Below, one piece after another: positions 1 through 12,829 of a stretch of 64,000 nt of DNA. Below the pieces are notes generated by a model. It was not told where the DNA came from. It did no database searches and was given only the letters and a program-made list of their open reading frames with translations. Source of the DNA: Vicugna vicugna (Eukaryota); NCBI GenBank assembly GCA_013265495.1, contig MU058037.1, forward strand, positions 931,498 to 995,497. The letters run 5' to 3'. How positions within the stretch are numbered: position 1 is the stretch's first letter; every line of letters begins with the position of its first letter. A program made the translations under genes and the position numbers.

Positions 1-500
1 TAACAAGTTTTTTAAAGGTATTTAACAAGCTGATTCTAAAAATGATATTCAAGAACAATAGACCAAGACACTTCTGAAGAAAAACAAGGTGTGAGAACTC
101 ATATCAGATATAAAACCTTTCTATAAATTATAACAATTGAACTATTGTGGTTTGGGCATAGGAATAGGCCAATTGACCTCAGTAACAAAACAGAGAGCCT
201 AGAAACAGATTCCTGCCTAAATGAAAACTTGGTACATGACAGAAGGGGCATAAGAAATTGGAGGAAAGGTTGGACTCTTGAACAAATCTGCTGAAACAAT
301 TAGTTACACATATGGAGGAAAATAAAATTGGATTTCTTCCTTGATTTAAAAAAAAAATCAACTCTCCATAATATAGGGACTTAAATGTGAAAGGCAATAT
401 TCTTAAAATATTTCAAAGAAAATATAAGAGACTATCTTTATGCCACTGGGGTAAGGAAAGATTTACTAAACAAGATCGCAAAGTACCAACCACTCAAAGG
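1..500 (+). mobile_element. Old L1 (L1M-type) ORF2 3' region fragment, degenerate
   Basis: A-rich sequence with L1 ORF2-like motifs (gtggtttgggcataggaatagg, ggacttaaatgtgaaagg, ggggtaaggaaagattt); no intact ORF. Confidence 0.75.
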
Positions 501-1984
501 TATCTAAAAAATAAAAATTAAAAAAAAATTTTAAAAAATCACTGCCCCCCTCCACTTCTGTATATCACACCTTTGGAGGAATAGAATCAAAGGGAATCAT
601 GTTCACATAAGGATAATCAGCATAGTTCATGGTGAGGGGACTGGAGATCTTCTTACATATAGAATGGCTACATAAACTTGGGATTTTTAATTTTTTAAAA
701 AAAGAGAAAGCACAAATTTATATGGCAAACAATAACCGCCTTTCTGAAAGCTTGATGTACGCTGGAGGACAGGAACTTATCACCACACACCTCCAGTTTT
801 CTCTCTTCTCTTGGGAGGTACCAGTATGGAAGGAACTCTTTGGGTTTCTCTCTTCAGCCCACCTGTCTTCCGTAGAGGAGAAGAGGAAAAAGAGGCTCAG
901 GCATGTGTAGACCCTGAACTTGTGGGCTTTAATCTTTCAGAGTTCATAGGGAGTTCTGTTTGCCCCTACAGGAGGAGGTGGTAGATAAACATACAGAGAT
1001 GCTTCTCTGCCCTTCAACAAACTCAGCCCAATTCAGAGGAAGGCGGTGGACGCCAAATGTTTTCAGGGCAAAGCCCCAATTTTACCCACAATAATGTGGA
1101 ACTTGCAGTGATATCTAACCTGTATGTATATTTCCAGTTGGCTCAAAACCAACAGGGAAAAGGTTATGAGTAATAGCCACATGATCACCACCCTTAAAAC
1201 CGCAACCAGACTTGTGAGTTATGTTTATACATCCTTCCTTGAACCTGGAAAGGATTTTTAACAACCCGCCTCTTAGGAGTGGTTGTTTAACCACTTAGGA
1301 GTTCTCCAAAGCAGAACTAAGATAAATAGGTATAACTTATAAACAGAAACATTTCCATTTGAACTTGTTAATATGAAACAACTTTCTTGTTAATATAAAA
1401 GAATACAATAATTGGTTGGTTCAAGTGTAGTTAAGTTTCCTGGCAAATTTCTGGTAGAAGCCACCAACCCACAGAAACAGTAGGGAATATTCCTGTAGGA
1501 TCTGCAGCCTCTAATGTCCCTTCTGACTGTAAGAGTCAATGAAATAAAAGAAATGCAGACTTAAAATAGAGCTTGGTCATTTAAGGTCTTAAAAAACAAG
1601 AGCAATGCTGGTGATTTCTGACCAATATTCTTGAATTGCCAAGTAACTTTTTCAAAATTTTTATGCTATTTCCTATAATTTTTGCCATCAGAATCCCATA
1701 GGACTCTCTTTCTGACATAAATTTTGAAGTGCATCAACCACAAAAGCAAGACAATTTCTCACAGAGAAGAATGGTCTTACCTGGAGAATTAATCATCACT
1801 TAAAAAGGGTCTGGAGGCTGACTCAGCCGCCTTTAGATAGAGCAGAAGGCAGTCTGTATATGTAACTCATTTTATCCGTCTTTCCCCCAAACTCCTATCT
1901 TGCTTTGTTTTTCTGTCAAAAGCAGCGTCCTGCTTTTCTTTTTTGAAAACTGCCCCTTATAAGAGAGTGGGTTGATAGCACAGT

Positions 1985-2165
1985 GGGTGGGTCTCCTGCT
2001 TGTCTGAATAGTAGGGTCACCTGGAGAGGTTTTGCAATTTCAATGATCAGGCCACACCCCAGACCAATTAAATTAGAATACCAAGAGATGGAGACCAGAT
2101 ATGCATGTTTCTTTTTAAAGTTCTCCAGGTGATCCCACTTCTCGGACAAGGCTGAGACCCACTCT
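1985..2165. mobile_element. MER5B-like hAT-Charlie MITE
   Basis: tcacctggagag...ccacaccccagaccaattaaattagaat...ctccaggtgat...gctgagacccact resembles the MER5 consensus. Confidence 0.7.
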
Positions 2166-2177
2166 ATGAGCAAACAC

Positions 2178-2352
2178 TAGCAGTTCCCAAACTTGAACCT
2201 GCATCAGAATCATCTGGAGGGCTTGTTTGTTAAAACAGACTGCTGGGCTGCACCCTGCTGGGTTTCTGATTCAGCAGGTCTGGAGTAGGGCTGAGAATCT
2301 GCATCTCTAACAAGTTTCCAGGTGATTCTGCTGACCACACTGGGAGAACCAT
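2178..2352. mobile_element. MER5A hAT-Charlie MITE
   Basis: gcatcagaatcatctggagggcttg...tttctgattcagcaggtctggagtagggctgagaatctgcatctctaacaag...gagaacca. Confidence 0.85.
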
Positions 2353-2501
2353 GGGAATACACAGCTGTGTGGACTTTAGCCTATTTAGTTCTCAAGTAGG
2401 GAAGTTACAGAATAAAAACTGAGTTGGTTGGTGAGGTTGCCATGGTGAGGTGGATCCCCCCCACCCCACACTACACACACAAGTCAATAAAAAATGATGC
2501 C

Positions 2502-3133
2502 TTCTAATTCGAAAATATACGTGTGCCCCATGTTCATAATAGTACTATTTACAATAGCCAAGACATGGTAACAACCTAAATGTCCATTGACAGATGACTG
2601 GAAAAAGAAATTGTGGTGTATATATACACAATGGAATACTACTCAGCCATTAAAAAGAATCAAATAATGCCATTTGCAGCAACATGGGTGGGCCTGGAGA
2701 TCATCTTTCTAAGAGAAATAAGCTAGAAAGAGAAGGTATAATACCATATGATATCACTTACACGTGGAATCTAAAGTAAAAGACACAAAGGAACTTATTT
2801 ACAAAACAGAAACAGACTCACCAACATAGAAAACAAACTTATGGTTACCAGGGTGGAAGAGGGTAGGAAGGGATAAATTGGAGAGTTCGAGATTTGCAGG
2901 TACTAACTACTACATATAAAATAAAGTTTCTACTGTATAGGACAGGGAACTATATTCAATATCTTGTAGTAACCTATAATGAAAAAGAATGTGACAAGGA
3001 ACATATGTATGTATATGTAAGACTGAAACATGCTGTACACCAGAAACTGACAAAACATGGTAAACTGACTATATTTCAATTAAAAAAAAGAAATTTATCA
3101 CAAATAAACAAAGTGAAGTAAGAAAAAAAAAAG
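2502..3133 (+). mobile_element. 5'-truncated cetartiodactyl-type L1 (ORF2 end, 3'UTR, A tail)
   Basis: tttacaatagccaagacatgg, caatggaatactactcagcc, acagggaactatattcaatatcttg; A tracts ending near 3089 and 3132. Confidence 0.92.
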
Positions 3134-5669
3134 AAATGGTTCCTTCCCTCTAGTTTGCTTTTCCCCTACTTTTAAATAGTTTGTGCTTAATACCCCAGGA
3201 ATTCTCAGCCTAGAGCTCACTTTTAAAGATTTTAACATAGTATAGTTATAGCCAAAGGAGGTCCAGAAGGCTTTGCAGAGTTCCAACAGCCCTGATAGAA
3301 ACAGATTTTTTTAAAAAACCAAGTCAAATATAAAACCCACATCATCTCTTTAAGGGGGAGAAAAAACATACATGTATATATACACATCCATATATATACA
3401 CAAATATATTTATTTTCTTTTTATAGTAATATTTATAACAAACATGATGAAACCAAGGTTTTTAGGTGCAATATTTAACCTGGCCATTTTCAGGCAAGCC
3501 AGGTCGCTGCGGTTTGAGACAGACAAGTTCACAATGCTCCCAGGAATAGATCCCTCTCCGCCCATCTCCCAGGGTATTCGGGAACTCTGTCTGAAGGAAA
3601 ATTCAAGGTGTATCTGCTATTCCTATCTGTTTCAAAGCCTTGATAATCTTTTAGTGTTTTGGAGGTTTTGTTATTGAAGAACAGTGGAAACAAAAAAATT
3701 AAGTTACTCCTGCTAAATTTGTACAATCAGTCTCAGCAACCTGGCCACATCCTTGAATCTATCTATCTTTTCAAGCAGTCCTGGCCTCAAGTTTCAGATT
3801 TATGCAATTTCCCTGGCTCAGACAATCTGCAGGCTGTTTCAATATCAAACTCAATGATGAGAGTGCCAAGACTATTATTTTCTTTAAATTCAAAGGGAAG
3901 ACTTCCATTTTTTTCTACTTTATATTCAGCATTTGCTACCACATTCTCAATGTCTTCCTTGCCTTTCACAGCCTACTTTCAAGTTGGGAGTGAGAAGCTA
4001 ATGAAATTCAGGAACAACAACATAAATGCAATCTCATCCCGGAGGAAAAATGCAGTCCTTCATTTTGCCTAAGATTGAAACCCTCAACTCTGGTCCCTTG
4101 AAAATGTGCTTCCAGACTATCTTCATCATCACCCTCATTCTATTCTGGGTAAAATGAGGAAAGATGTGTGAAATACTTAAGAGAGCTCAGAGCACTGTAC
4201 AAGTCTGAGGGTTGGTTATTATTATACCCAGACACAGGGTGCTACTCAGGCGTGTGATCCTCTTCCTCGATGACTCAACGGTTGACAAGTCTTCTTAACA
4301 ACTCGTCGAAGAGTAGTAATTAGTCATCTTTCTGGCTCTCACCCTGGTACTGCATGGAGTTGGGTGGGATGCGGGGGTGGGGAGGAGTCACATGAAGACT
4401 TAAAACTAAGTACTGATTCATGATCTTTAGAGTATCAAACCAGAATTGAGCCTTACTACATTGACCTCATATTCACCTGGACTGGGCTAGAGGAGTTTTT
4501 CATTTAAGGCCTGAACCTAGCTGGACTCACAATCAAATTTCAAGGTAGGAGTAGGGACGTTGAATTCAACTCTCTCAATTTACACATGGGTCAAAGAAAT
4601 CCAGAGAACTGACTTGCCCAGTGTTTCACAATGACTCAGGACCAAGCAGGAAGTCTATCACAGTCCTGATGCAGCTTCATATGGAGAATCATACTGTCTG
4701 GAGCTAAACCACACTGATCATAGCCCCAGTGATTAGTAGATGAGTAGATGGACAGAAAGATTCATTGAACAGAGTATTTAGGGATGTCCATAGGAAGCTG
4801 GTCTAAACATTGAGGATTCTGTTGACATGCCTTTTGAAAAGTCTGCAAAGTATTTCCATCTGTGGTAAAGTAGTCCTTGTACCCATTAATAATTCACAAC
4901 TCAGCTCAGCAAATTGAGCAGAGAACAAACCTTATCATTAGTGCAAACTACTACTGTCAGCACTAATGAAAGTAATTAACATCGATGTTTAAGTTTTTTG
5001 CTTACTGAGTAATTGGCAAGGGATTTAAAAAATAACTTCATGAGGAAATTAACCAGCCATCCCATAACTCTGTACTTTCGTTCCATTGTTTTAAACATCT
5101 TAATTGCCAGGAAAGCTTAACCACACAAAATGGGGGGGAAAAAAAAGAAAGAGGTTAGGAACTCTGGGAGGGTGGTTCATCATTTTCTGCAGCTTACTTT
5201 TTTCATTATAATACATTTTCCATTTTTAATTAAATGAATAAAATAGCTGTATGGCCTGTGAGATTATATACAATTGCCAGATAAAGCTGCAGATATCTCT
5301 CTCCTTAATGTGCTTAGAGAAGACAGCTCTGCTGCCTTTTAAATAGACACATTTTCTTCACTTACCTTGTTTTGAATTTGTGCAGGCTTATAAAATCACA
5401 ACAGATGTTTCCTGTGGGTACCAGGTACCAAATAAATTATACATCAGTTTCCCGTTGGTTTTCTTTCTTAGCAGTCATCAGATTCTTTTGAACTCAAAGT
5501 TGGGTAAGACAAAATCAACTCTATTTTCAATCTTCTCTACTCCTGCATGGAGAATGAAGGCCAAGTCAATGATAGTAACCTGGACATTAAGAATTTAAAA
5601 AAAAATTTTTTTTAAAGGAGAAAGTTGACTACCTCCCATTAACGTTTAAACAGTAATACACCAATACAC

Positions 5670-6330
5670 CAATGGGCATTTACTGTGTCCTGAGCACTAG
5701 GAAGGATACAGAATGATGAGACATGATCCTTAAATTCAGGGGGCTACCACTGAAGGTAGCCAAGTTAAACATAAGAGTAATATGCTGAGGAAAATGGTAG
5801 AGTTCCTCTCTCTGGAGTTGGGAAAGCATTTTCAGTAGGGAGGGAAATTTGTTATAAACAAGATGGCCACTCAAGTTTCCTTAAGTCCTATGGATCAGAT
5901 TTTATCCAGTTCAAAGTTGTAGGGATGTAAAATAATTGGCAAAAAACACCAAATTTTCAGCAGTGATTGCATGAGCTACAAGAGATTACTTTGGAATAGG
6001 CTCTGCCATGCCAGGGCATCATGAAAATCATCAGGTATAATGATCACATTGGATAGAGAGGGAGAGAGTGAGAAGAAGTCAAGGGTGAAGTCCTCAATGA
6101 CTCTCCAAGAGGTCTGGAGATGACAGTACAAAGAAAGGGGTCTCAGCAATAACCGGTTGGCGTGACCCTTGTAGAAAGAGTGGTTTCCCAATAAGAGCAA
6201 GGGTGCAATGGCCAAGCTACCTCTAGGTCCTGGGTCCTGGTGGGGCAGTTATAACTAATGGGCGCCTGTGTGGCTGCCGTTTCAAGGAGGAGGAGGAAGA
6301 GGAGTAATTGTGTAACTAGATTGAGAGTAT
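5670..6330 (-). mobile_element. L2 LINE 3' fragments
   Basis: Reverse-complement L2 3' end (tactgtgtcctgagcactagg...gatacagaatgatgagac) followed by purine-rich L2-like sequence. Confidence 0.55.
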
Positions 6331-7614
6331 CCATTTACAATGAAACCGAGGGCAAGAGGGAAGACTGAGAACTATTAAATGGTGAACCAGCAGGGGAATG
6401 GGAAACTGAGGACCAGGACAGTCCCAGACTGGGTAAAGGTAATACCAGAGGATGGAGAAGTGGGGCTTGCACCTTTGGTGAGTGAGAAGCAAAATTTCTG
6501 GAACTGTAACTATGAAGCTACCCAACGGCCCCTCCTCTGCACTCCCTAACTACCCAAGCCTGGAAAGGCTCAGGTCCCAGTTTAGAGAGAAGTGATAGTC
6601 CACAAAGACTGATAAAACTAAGCATTGAAAACTTGTCTCCAGTATGTCTTTATTATCCTAGAGGCCTCAATAAGTGTTTACAATTAGAGTGTATCTTCAA
6701 AACTGTTTGCATCTTAGCCCGAGGAACACACACGCTTATTACTTTTCCACTTCACTGTTTGGGCAACTCCCCTCCCCAAATCTAAAGAGCCATCATCGTT
6801 GTCATTTATTACTATAAATATGGTGATGATGTGAGAGCTTAGAAATGATCAGTGTTGGTCTAACCCAGGTTTTGCAAGCATGGCTCTGGCCCATCCCTGT
6901 CACTTCTAAAATTGCTTACCTCTACTCGGTGCAATGTGTAAATTGTCAGCTGCAGTTGGAGCAAAGAATCTTACTGCTCATCGTGAAAATTGGCTGTTCT
7001 AAAGAGCGTTCTGCAAGGCAGCTCTTTTCTAAAAGTGGCCCATTATTTCTTGGATTTTTAACCATCATGTTCTAGCAAGTCTAGGAAGGAATAGGCCACG
7101 GACTGGGTGTGCAGAGCTGAGGACAGCCTGGCCCCCTTCCCATGTCTTTCCCTGGCCACCACAGCTGATGAACTGAGCTAACAGCACAGGCCAAAGGCTC
7201 TCCTACTTTCTGACACATACTTAGGTTTGGGGTCTACTGGCCCAGACCCAGTAGCTGGGCTTCTGTGCTGCAACTGGGATTTCCTTGACCACCAACCATA
7301 CCTGCTATCTTCTATCTTCCCCACCAACCCAAACCCAGAACAATATCTAAGCACACCTGTGACCTGACCCACAGCATCCCTGACATCACTCTTATTTTCC
7401 CGGGGACCCAATCTGCTTCAATCTCCTTCCTTCACTTTCACTGTCAACACCTTCCACTCTAGAAGACCCAGGCCAGGAAAAATACAGGATCTGCACCTGA
7501 GACTGAATGTCTCCTTGAATTTTGCACTCTGGGCACCTCTCTTGTTTTACCTTAGTCCTAGCCTTGAGAAAACCCATCCTGATCTATAGCTCATTTGGCA
7601 GGATCTCTATGTCC

Positions 7615-8115
7615 TGTGTATTGTTGTTACTCTGTAACAAACCACTCCCGAAATTCAGTGGCTTAAAATAATAACCATTTATTTATATCAACTCAGGAGA
7701 TTGGCAACTTCGGCTGGGCTCAGTAGGACAATTCCTCTGGTCTCAGCTGGGCTCCCTCAAGGGACCTCGCTTAGCTATGGGTGGGCTTGGGGGCTCTACT
7801 TGACTGGTTGTTGACTGGATTGCCTCAGATTGCCTCCACAAGGTCTCTCATCCTCCAATAGGGGCTTATTCTCATGGAAGGTAGGGCTCCCAGACACAGA
7901 GAGCAGAAGTGCACAAAACATACTGATGCCCAGGCTCAGAGATGACACACTGCCTTATCTGCTGCATTCTGTTGGCCAAAAAGAATCATGAGGCTAGCCC
8001 AGATGTGGGAAATTACCTCTACCTGTTAATGGAATAAGCTACAGAGTCATAATGCAAAAAGCTTAGCTACAAGAGTGGGTGAAGAATTGCAGCCATTTTA
8101 ATCCTCAACCTACCA
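7615..8115 (-). mobile_element. MLT1 (MaLR) solo LTR
   Basis: tgtaacaaaccactcccgaaattcagtggcttaaaataataacc is the reverse MLT1 3' end; attctgttggccaaa is also MLT1-like. Confidence 0.8.
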
Positions 8116-8574
8116 CACCTTGCCTAGCTTCACTCTGGCCCCTCTCCTCCAGGACTGGCCCCTATTTTCAAACCCTAAGCCCACTAAGTATGATTCCATT
8201 GCATATGGATAGGTATCTAACAAACAGGGTAATATCTAACCACCTGCCAAGTTTTCAACAGCCATCTGAATTCCTAACTACCAGGTCTATACATGTCTAT
8301 GAATCCAATGATATCAAAACTTCTAGAAGTTGGACTGAGATAACATTCCTTTGGCAGTGTTCCTAGATTGATATACTGTCTCCAAGAGGCTGGCCTTCAT
8401 GTCAATTTCAGTTTCATCATCTCCACCCCTACTCTGTCCGTGCCTTCTCTTTTTTATACAGTCTCTCCTCCTTCCCCTGAAGGACTCCAGTAACAAACAA
8501 AGCCTTACACCTGAGTCTTCCTGAATGGCAAGAACTGTGAAAACTTCTTATCTGAATCAGTGGTTCTCAAACGA

Positions 8575-9010
8575 TAATCTCTTCAACAAATGATGCTGGG
8601 ATAATTGGATATCCACATGCAAAGGAATGAAGTTGGAGCCCTATGTCATACCACATATAAAAACCAACTCAACATGGATCGAAGACCTAAATGTAAGAGC
8701 TAAAACTATAAAACTCTCAGAAGAAAACTTAGGGGTAAATCTTCATGACCTTGGACTTAGCAAAGGATTCTTTGATATGACATAATAGCACAAGCAACAA
8801 AAGAAATATTAGATAAATCAGACTTCGAAATTAAAAACTTTGCTGCATCAAAGGAAACCATCAAGAAAGTGAAAAGACAACCCACAAGATGGTACAAAAT
8901 ATGTGCACATCATGTATATGGTAAGAGTCTGGTATCCAGAATATATAAAGAACGTGTACAACACAACAGCAAAAAGACAAACAACCCAAGATGAAGTGGC
9001 AGTGGACCTT
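8575..9010 (+). mobile_element. L1 ORF2 internal fragment
   Basis: cttcaacaaatgatgctggg, gacctaaatgtaagagctaaaactataaaactc, aaagtgaaaagacaacccaca. Confidence 0.9.
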
Positions 9011-9055
9011 CGTGAATGGCTAACAGCCCCTGCACAGGAGTTAAAAACCTGTCTT

Positions 9056-9155
9056 GGGGGTAGGTATGGCTCAGTGGTGGAGCACATGCTTAGTATGCAC
9101 AAGGTCCTGGGTTCAATCCCCAGTACCTCTATTTAAATAATTAAAAAAAAAAAAA
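9056..9155 (+). mobile_element. tRNA(Ala)-derived SINE, vic-1-like (camelid)
   Basis: gggg...gctcagtggtggagcacatgcttagtatgcacaaggtcctgggttcaatccccag contains A and B boxes and is followed by an A tail. Confidence 0.85.
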
Positions 9156-9249
9156 GAACTTGTGCCTTGCTTGGGGCTGAGTCCCCAGAGTTTTCCTAGG
9201 AAGCCTAGATTAAACTGAAGATCAAAGTAGACAGGGTGAGTTCTTCCCT

Positions 9250-9686
9250 GTGCTAGACTGCCTGCTGTGGCCCCATTTCATCACAACTTTCTGCATCCAC
9301 ACACTTGCCACAGCCTCATCATGAGCAGAACTTACTTCTCTCCACCTTTCCTGACATTCTGGCCACGTGACTTGCTTTGGCCAATAAAATGATGCAGCAG
9401 TGACAATGTGCCAGTTCCAAGCCTAGGCCTTAATGTAACTTGTGTACTGACACTTCTCTTTTGTCTTTTTGCAATCACATTGTGAACAACATGCCCAGGC
9501 TGGCTCACTGATCCCAGTAGGACAAAGAGAGACACATAGAGCAATACCAAATTGCCTCAGCTAAACCCAGCCTAGATTAACCAATCTCTGGTCAACCCTC
9601 AGATTTGTGAACTGAATACTCACTTTTTGTTTGCTGAGATTTTGTGGTTGTCATGCAGCATTACTGTGGCCACAGTTAACTGCAAC
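9250..9686 (+). mobile_element. MLT1 (MaLR) solo LTR
   Basis: gtgacttgctttggccaataaaatg, gccagttccaagcctaggcctt; 3' end tgtggttgtcatgcagcatt...aactgcaaca. Confidence 0.8.
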
Positions 9687-10519
9687 ACCACCCCAGCCCC
9701 ATCTCACCACAGTCACTCATTGCAGGGCCAACAATACCCTTAGATATGCCAGGCTGGGGACAGCGCTTTCAATCAGCATATTCAAGCTAAGTGTCCTGCT
9801 GACTTTCAGGTAAAGCCTAATGTGGGCTGAATTCTAGAATCCATAGATGCCCAAGAAAGAAGACAAACATTCCTCCTTGCCAGCTGATTAAGTACACGAT
9901 GCGGCTAACTGCATCATATCCCAAACCTCCGAACTCCTAACACATTCCACAGAAGAAGCAGATGTCATCTTGACAGGATTTCTTTGTTTTCTCAATAGAT
10001 GCTACAAGAGCTGCCCATGTTCTCTAGAGCAAGCAATTTATCAAGAGATCAAGATTATTCACTGTGTTTTATTAATACATTTTATGCAGTCATACTGATT
10101 TCAAACAAAGTTATCTTCTATCTAATTGTTTTTGCCTCTAATCTGACGAGAGCATTATTTGAGAACAATTGTATCACTCCAAAATTTATCTTGGGTATAA
10201 AATGTAAAGAGACAACACAAAGTGCTTCTGCCTATAATGAAGTGTCAAAAACTTCCTGAGTCTGACAGCTTTACCTAGATATTGAAAATAACACTGTACC
10301 TTTCCCTGCCTCTGTAATACCATTTTTTTCTTTTTTAAGCAGGAAGACATTAGGTGCCACGGAATTCTCAGAAGAGTAGAGTATACAGTAAAACCAGCTG
10401 CTAAGGGGCCAAATCTTTTCCCAGCAGGCAGGTAGCGTGTTCAGGTGTACCCAACATGATCGCCTCTGAACTGCCCTCACCCTCCCCATTTCTACAACCA
10501 AAGTCTCTCCCTCTTTGTG

Positions 10520-11068
10520 AAACCACTTTTACTTTGTGAAACCCTCTCTCTTAACTACCGAATAAGCAAACAGGGGTACGGGTGGTTGGAGAGTCTCAAG
10601 GAGAGGTCTGACTCAAGTCCATTATTGCAGCCAACAGAATACACCTCCCAGACTTCCAACTCCTGGGGGCCTGGGCCCCACTGCTGTGCTCCGGAAGCCA
10701 CTGGTGCATTTGTGTGGGGCTGCATCTTGCACAGGCGGCTCCAAGCCAATGGCTGAGCACTGCAGAGGTTCTAAGTAAGGGAGACCCATTCCTAGGAGAG
10801 AGGGAATACCTCTGAAGGCCAATGTGGGCTGGAGAATACCCTGACAGCCTTGCCAAACCTGTCTGTGACTGCCCAAAAGTCTAGGGCACTTCCACCCAAC
10901 CTCTCATTCTCCTCTTCACCTCGGGTCACACTTGTATTGTGGTCTGATGGCTCTCGAAGCCTGGCCCAGCTCCCTCTCCATTTTCTCTCACATGTTTTTC
11001 TCTTAATAAAAGCTTTGCACATTTAATCCTGTCTTGACACCTGTTTCTTAAAGGACTGGGACCAACAC
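10520..11068 (+). mobile_element. Old ERVL-type solo LTR (LTR16/LTR33/LTR41-like)
   Basis: aataaaa poly(A) signal followed by aatcctgtcttgacacctgtttct...gaccaacaca terminus; 5' boundary uncertain. Confidence 0.6.
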
Positions 11069-11867
11069 ATACATACACCTGTCCTATCTTTGGGACCAAA
11101 GGTTCAGAGGAGAATGGTTTCTGTGCTCTTAAGAAAACCTACTGTTATGTAAACCCAATGAACTTTCTGAAGAGCCTAATACGAAATTCTCTGCAGGTGC
11201 TTATTATAATTGTTCTTTACAGTTGATTACAACAATAAAAACCCATCTCTTGGTTGTTATTATTGTAATAATCAAAGAAGATACAGAGAGTCATCCCACT
11301 TAACATGTTTAACCATGACCTAAGACTCACTAAGTATGATTATATACCTCCTTTACTTCTGTGTCTCTATGGTATAGACTGTTCCTCCACTGGGGACAGA
11401 CGGAGTCCTTCAACTGGTGGGAATGAAAGGATAAGGGCAATTCCAGGGCTGGTAAATACCTGAGCAGTTGGTAACATTCGATCATGCCACAACCCAACTT
11501 CAAAATTCTGCATTCTCCTCATTTCCAGACAACATAGTCCAAACTCCTTGACATGACATAAAACTCTTTCATGACAGCCAAAGTCCTTTATAACTGGTAC
11601 CAACTTACCTTCCTAGTCCCCTGACCTCCTGTCACTTTTAAATGCTATCCTCCGGGCACCTCATTCTTACTAATTAAAATGACATTTGAGGGAAAAGAGC
11701 TCCTGGCCTGCTTGGTTACAATAGTGACAAGATGTATGTGGGGGGAGGGAGGACAGCACTGACTGGCTCCAAAGAATAAGCAAAATAGAATTAACATCTG
11801 ACTATGGCCCAACATCTATGAATTCTCACTATCTTTTTTTTTCATCTTGGAAAATTATTTACTAGCT

Positions 11868-11996
11868 TTTTTTTTTATTACGTATAGTCAGTTTACAATG
11901 TTGTGTTAATTTCTGGTGTACAGCATAGTGATTCACTTATACATATATATTCCTTTTCATATTCTTTTTCATTATAGGTTATTACAAAATATTGAA
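11868..11996 (-). mobile_element. Short L1 3' end
   Basis: T tract then agtttacaatgttgtgttaatttctggtgtacagcatagtgattc, the reverse complement of the L1 3'UTR seen at 24040-24100. Confidence 0.85.
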
Positions 11997-12829
11997 GGCA
12001 GCTGATCATCTCCAGTTTTTTTTTTCCTTATGAAAATAACAATTTCCCCTGGCTATCAGTCTCTATATTGATCAATACCTGTTTTCCAAATGATTTTCAG
12101 TTTGCAACATGTGGGGCAGCATTTTTATCAGTCTGTAGAAGAGTTGATTATGCTAAAATATGCTAATATTGATTTGACTAACTAATGGACAGGACCTACC
12201 TGAATGAAAACTCTGGGTGGGACCTCATCTTGGCCCTGAAACCTTATCTGGGATGCCACATGCCTACCTATCAAGATTTGGTCTACATAAGTCACTCACT
12301 GCTCTGTTAGAATGACATAGTCCATGTTTCCCCATTTCCTGATGTCACCACTATCCCTACCACCTCTTCCCTGAAAAGCTGTGTTCTGTTCTGTGCCCTA
12401 GTGATAGACTCCTCCTAGTTCTTGTCCAGTTGGTTCTTGTTTCCTCCTTGGGTCTTAGTCTGTACTATATTTGCCACTTCATGTGTGGTTGTTCATCCCC
12501 TCAGTGCCCGGGACACAGGGCACTGTGGCACCATCCAGGCAAATAGCCCAAATCAGGGTGTGGAATGGACTAGAATTAGGGAGGAATTGGAAGGAGACTG
12601 GAGCAAAGACTATGGTATTGTTCCCAGGTCGTTTTTCAGCACCATCCCATTCCTTCCATGGAAACTTATCCAGCAACACTAAGAATATCTGCTGCATCTC
12701 TAAGGCTCAAACACCACCCAGGTCATCTGTGAATGAGGCCCCCACACAGTGGGTGAGTCTGGAAAGGCCAGAGAATAAAAACAGATTTTAGAGAAGGATT
12801 TCTAAGATCAAGGCTCTGGTGAAGAAATA

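Noticed and set aside
9056..9130. tRNA-Ala genes at 9056 and 33627
   Set aside because: Stems are imperfect, A-rich tails and TSD-like flanks are present, and there is no oligo-T terminator: these are SINEs.
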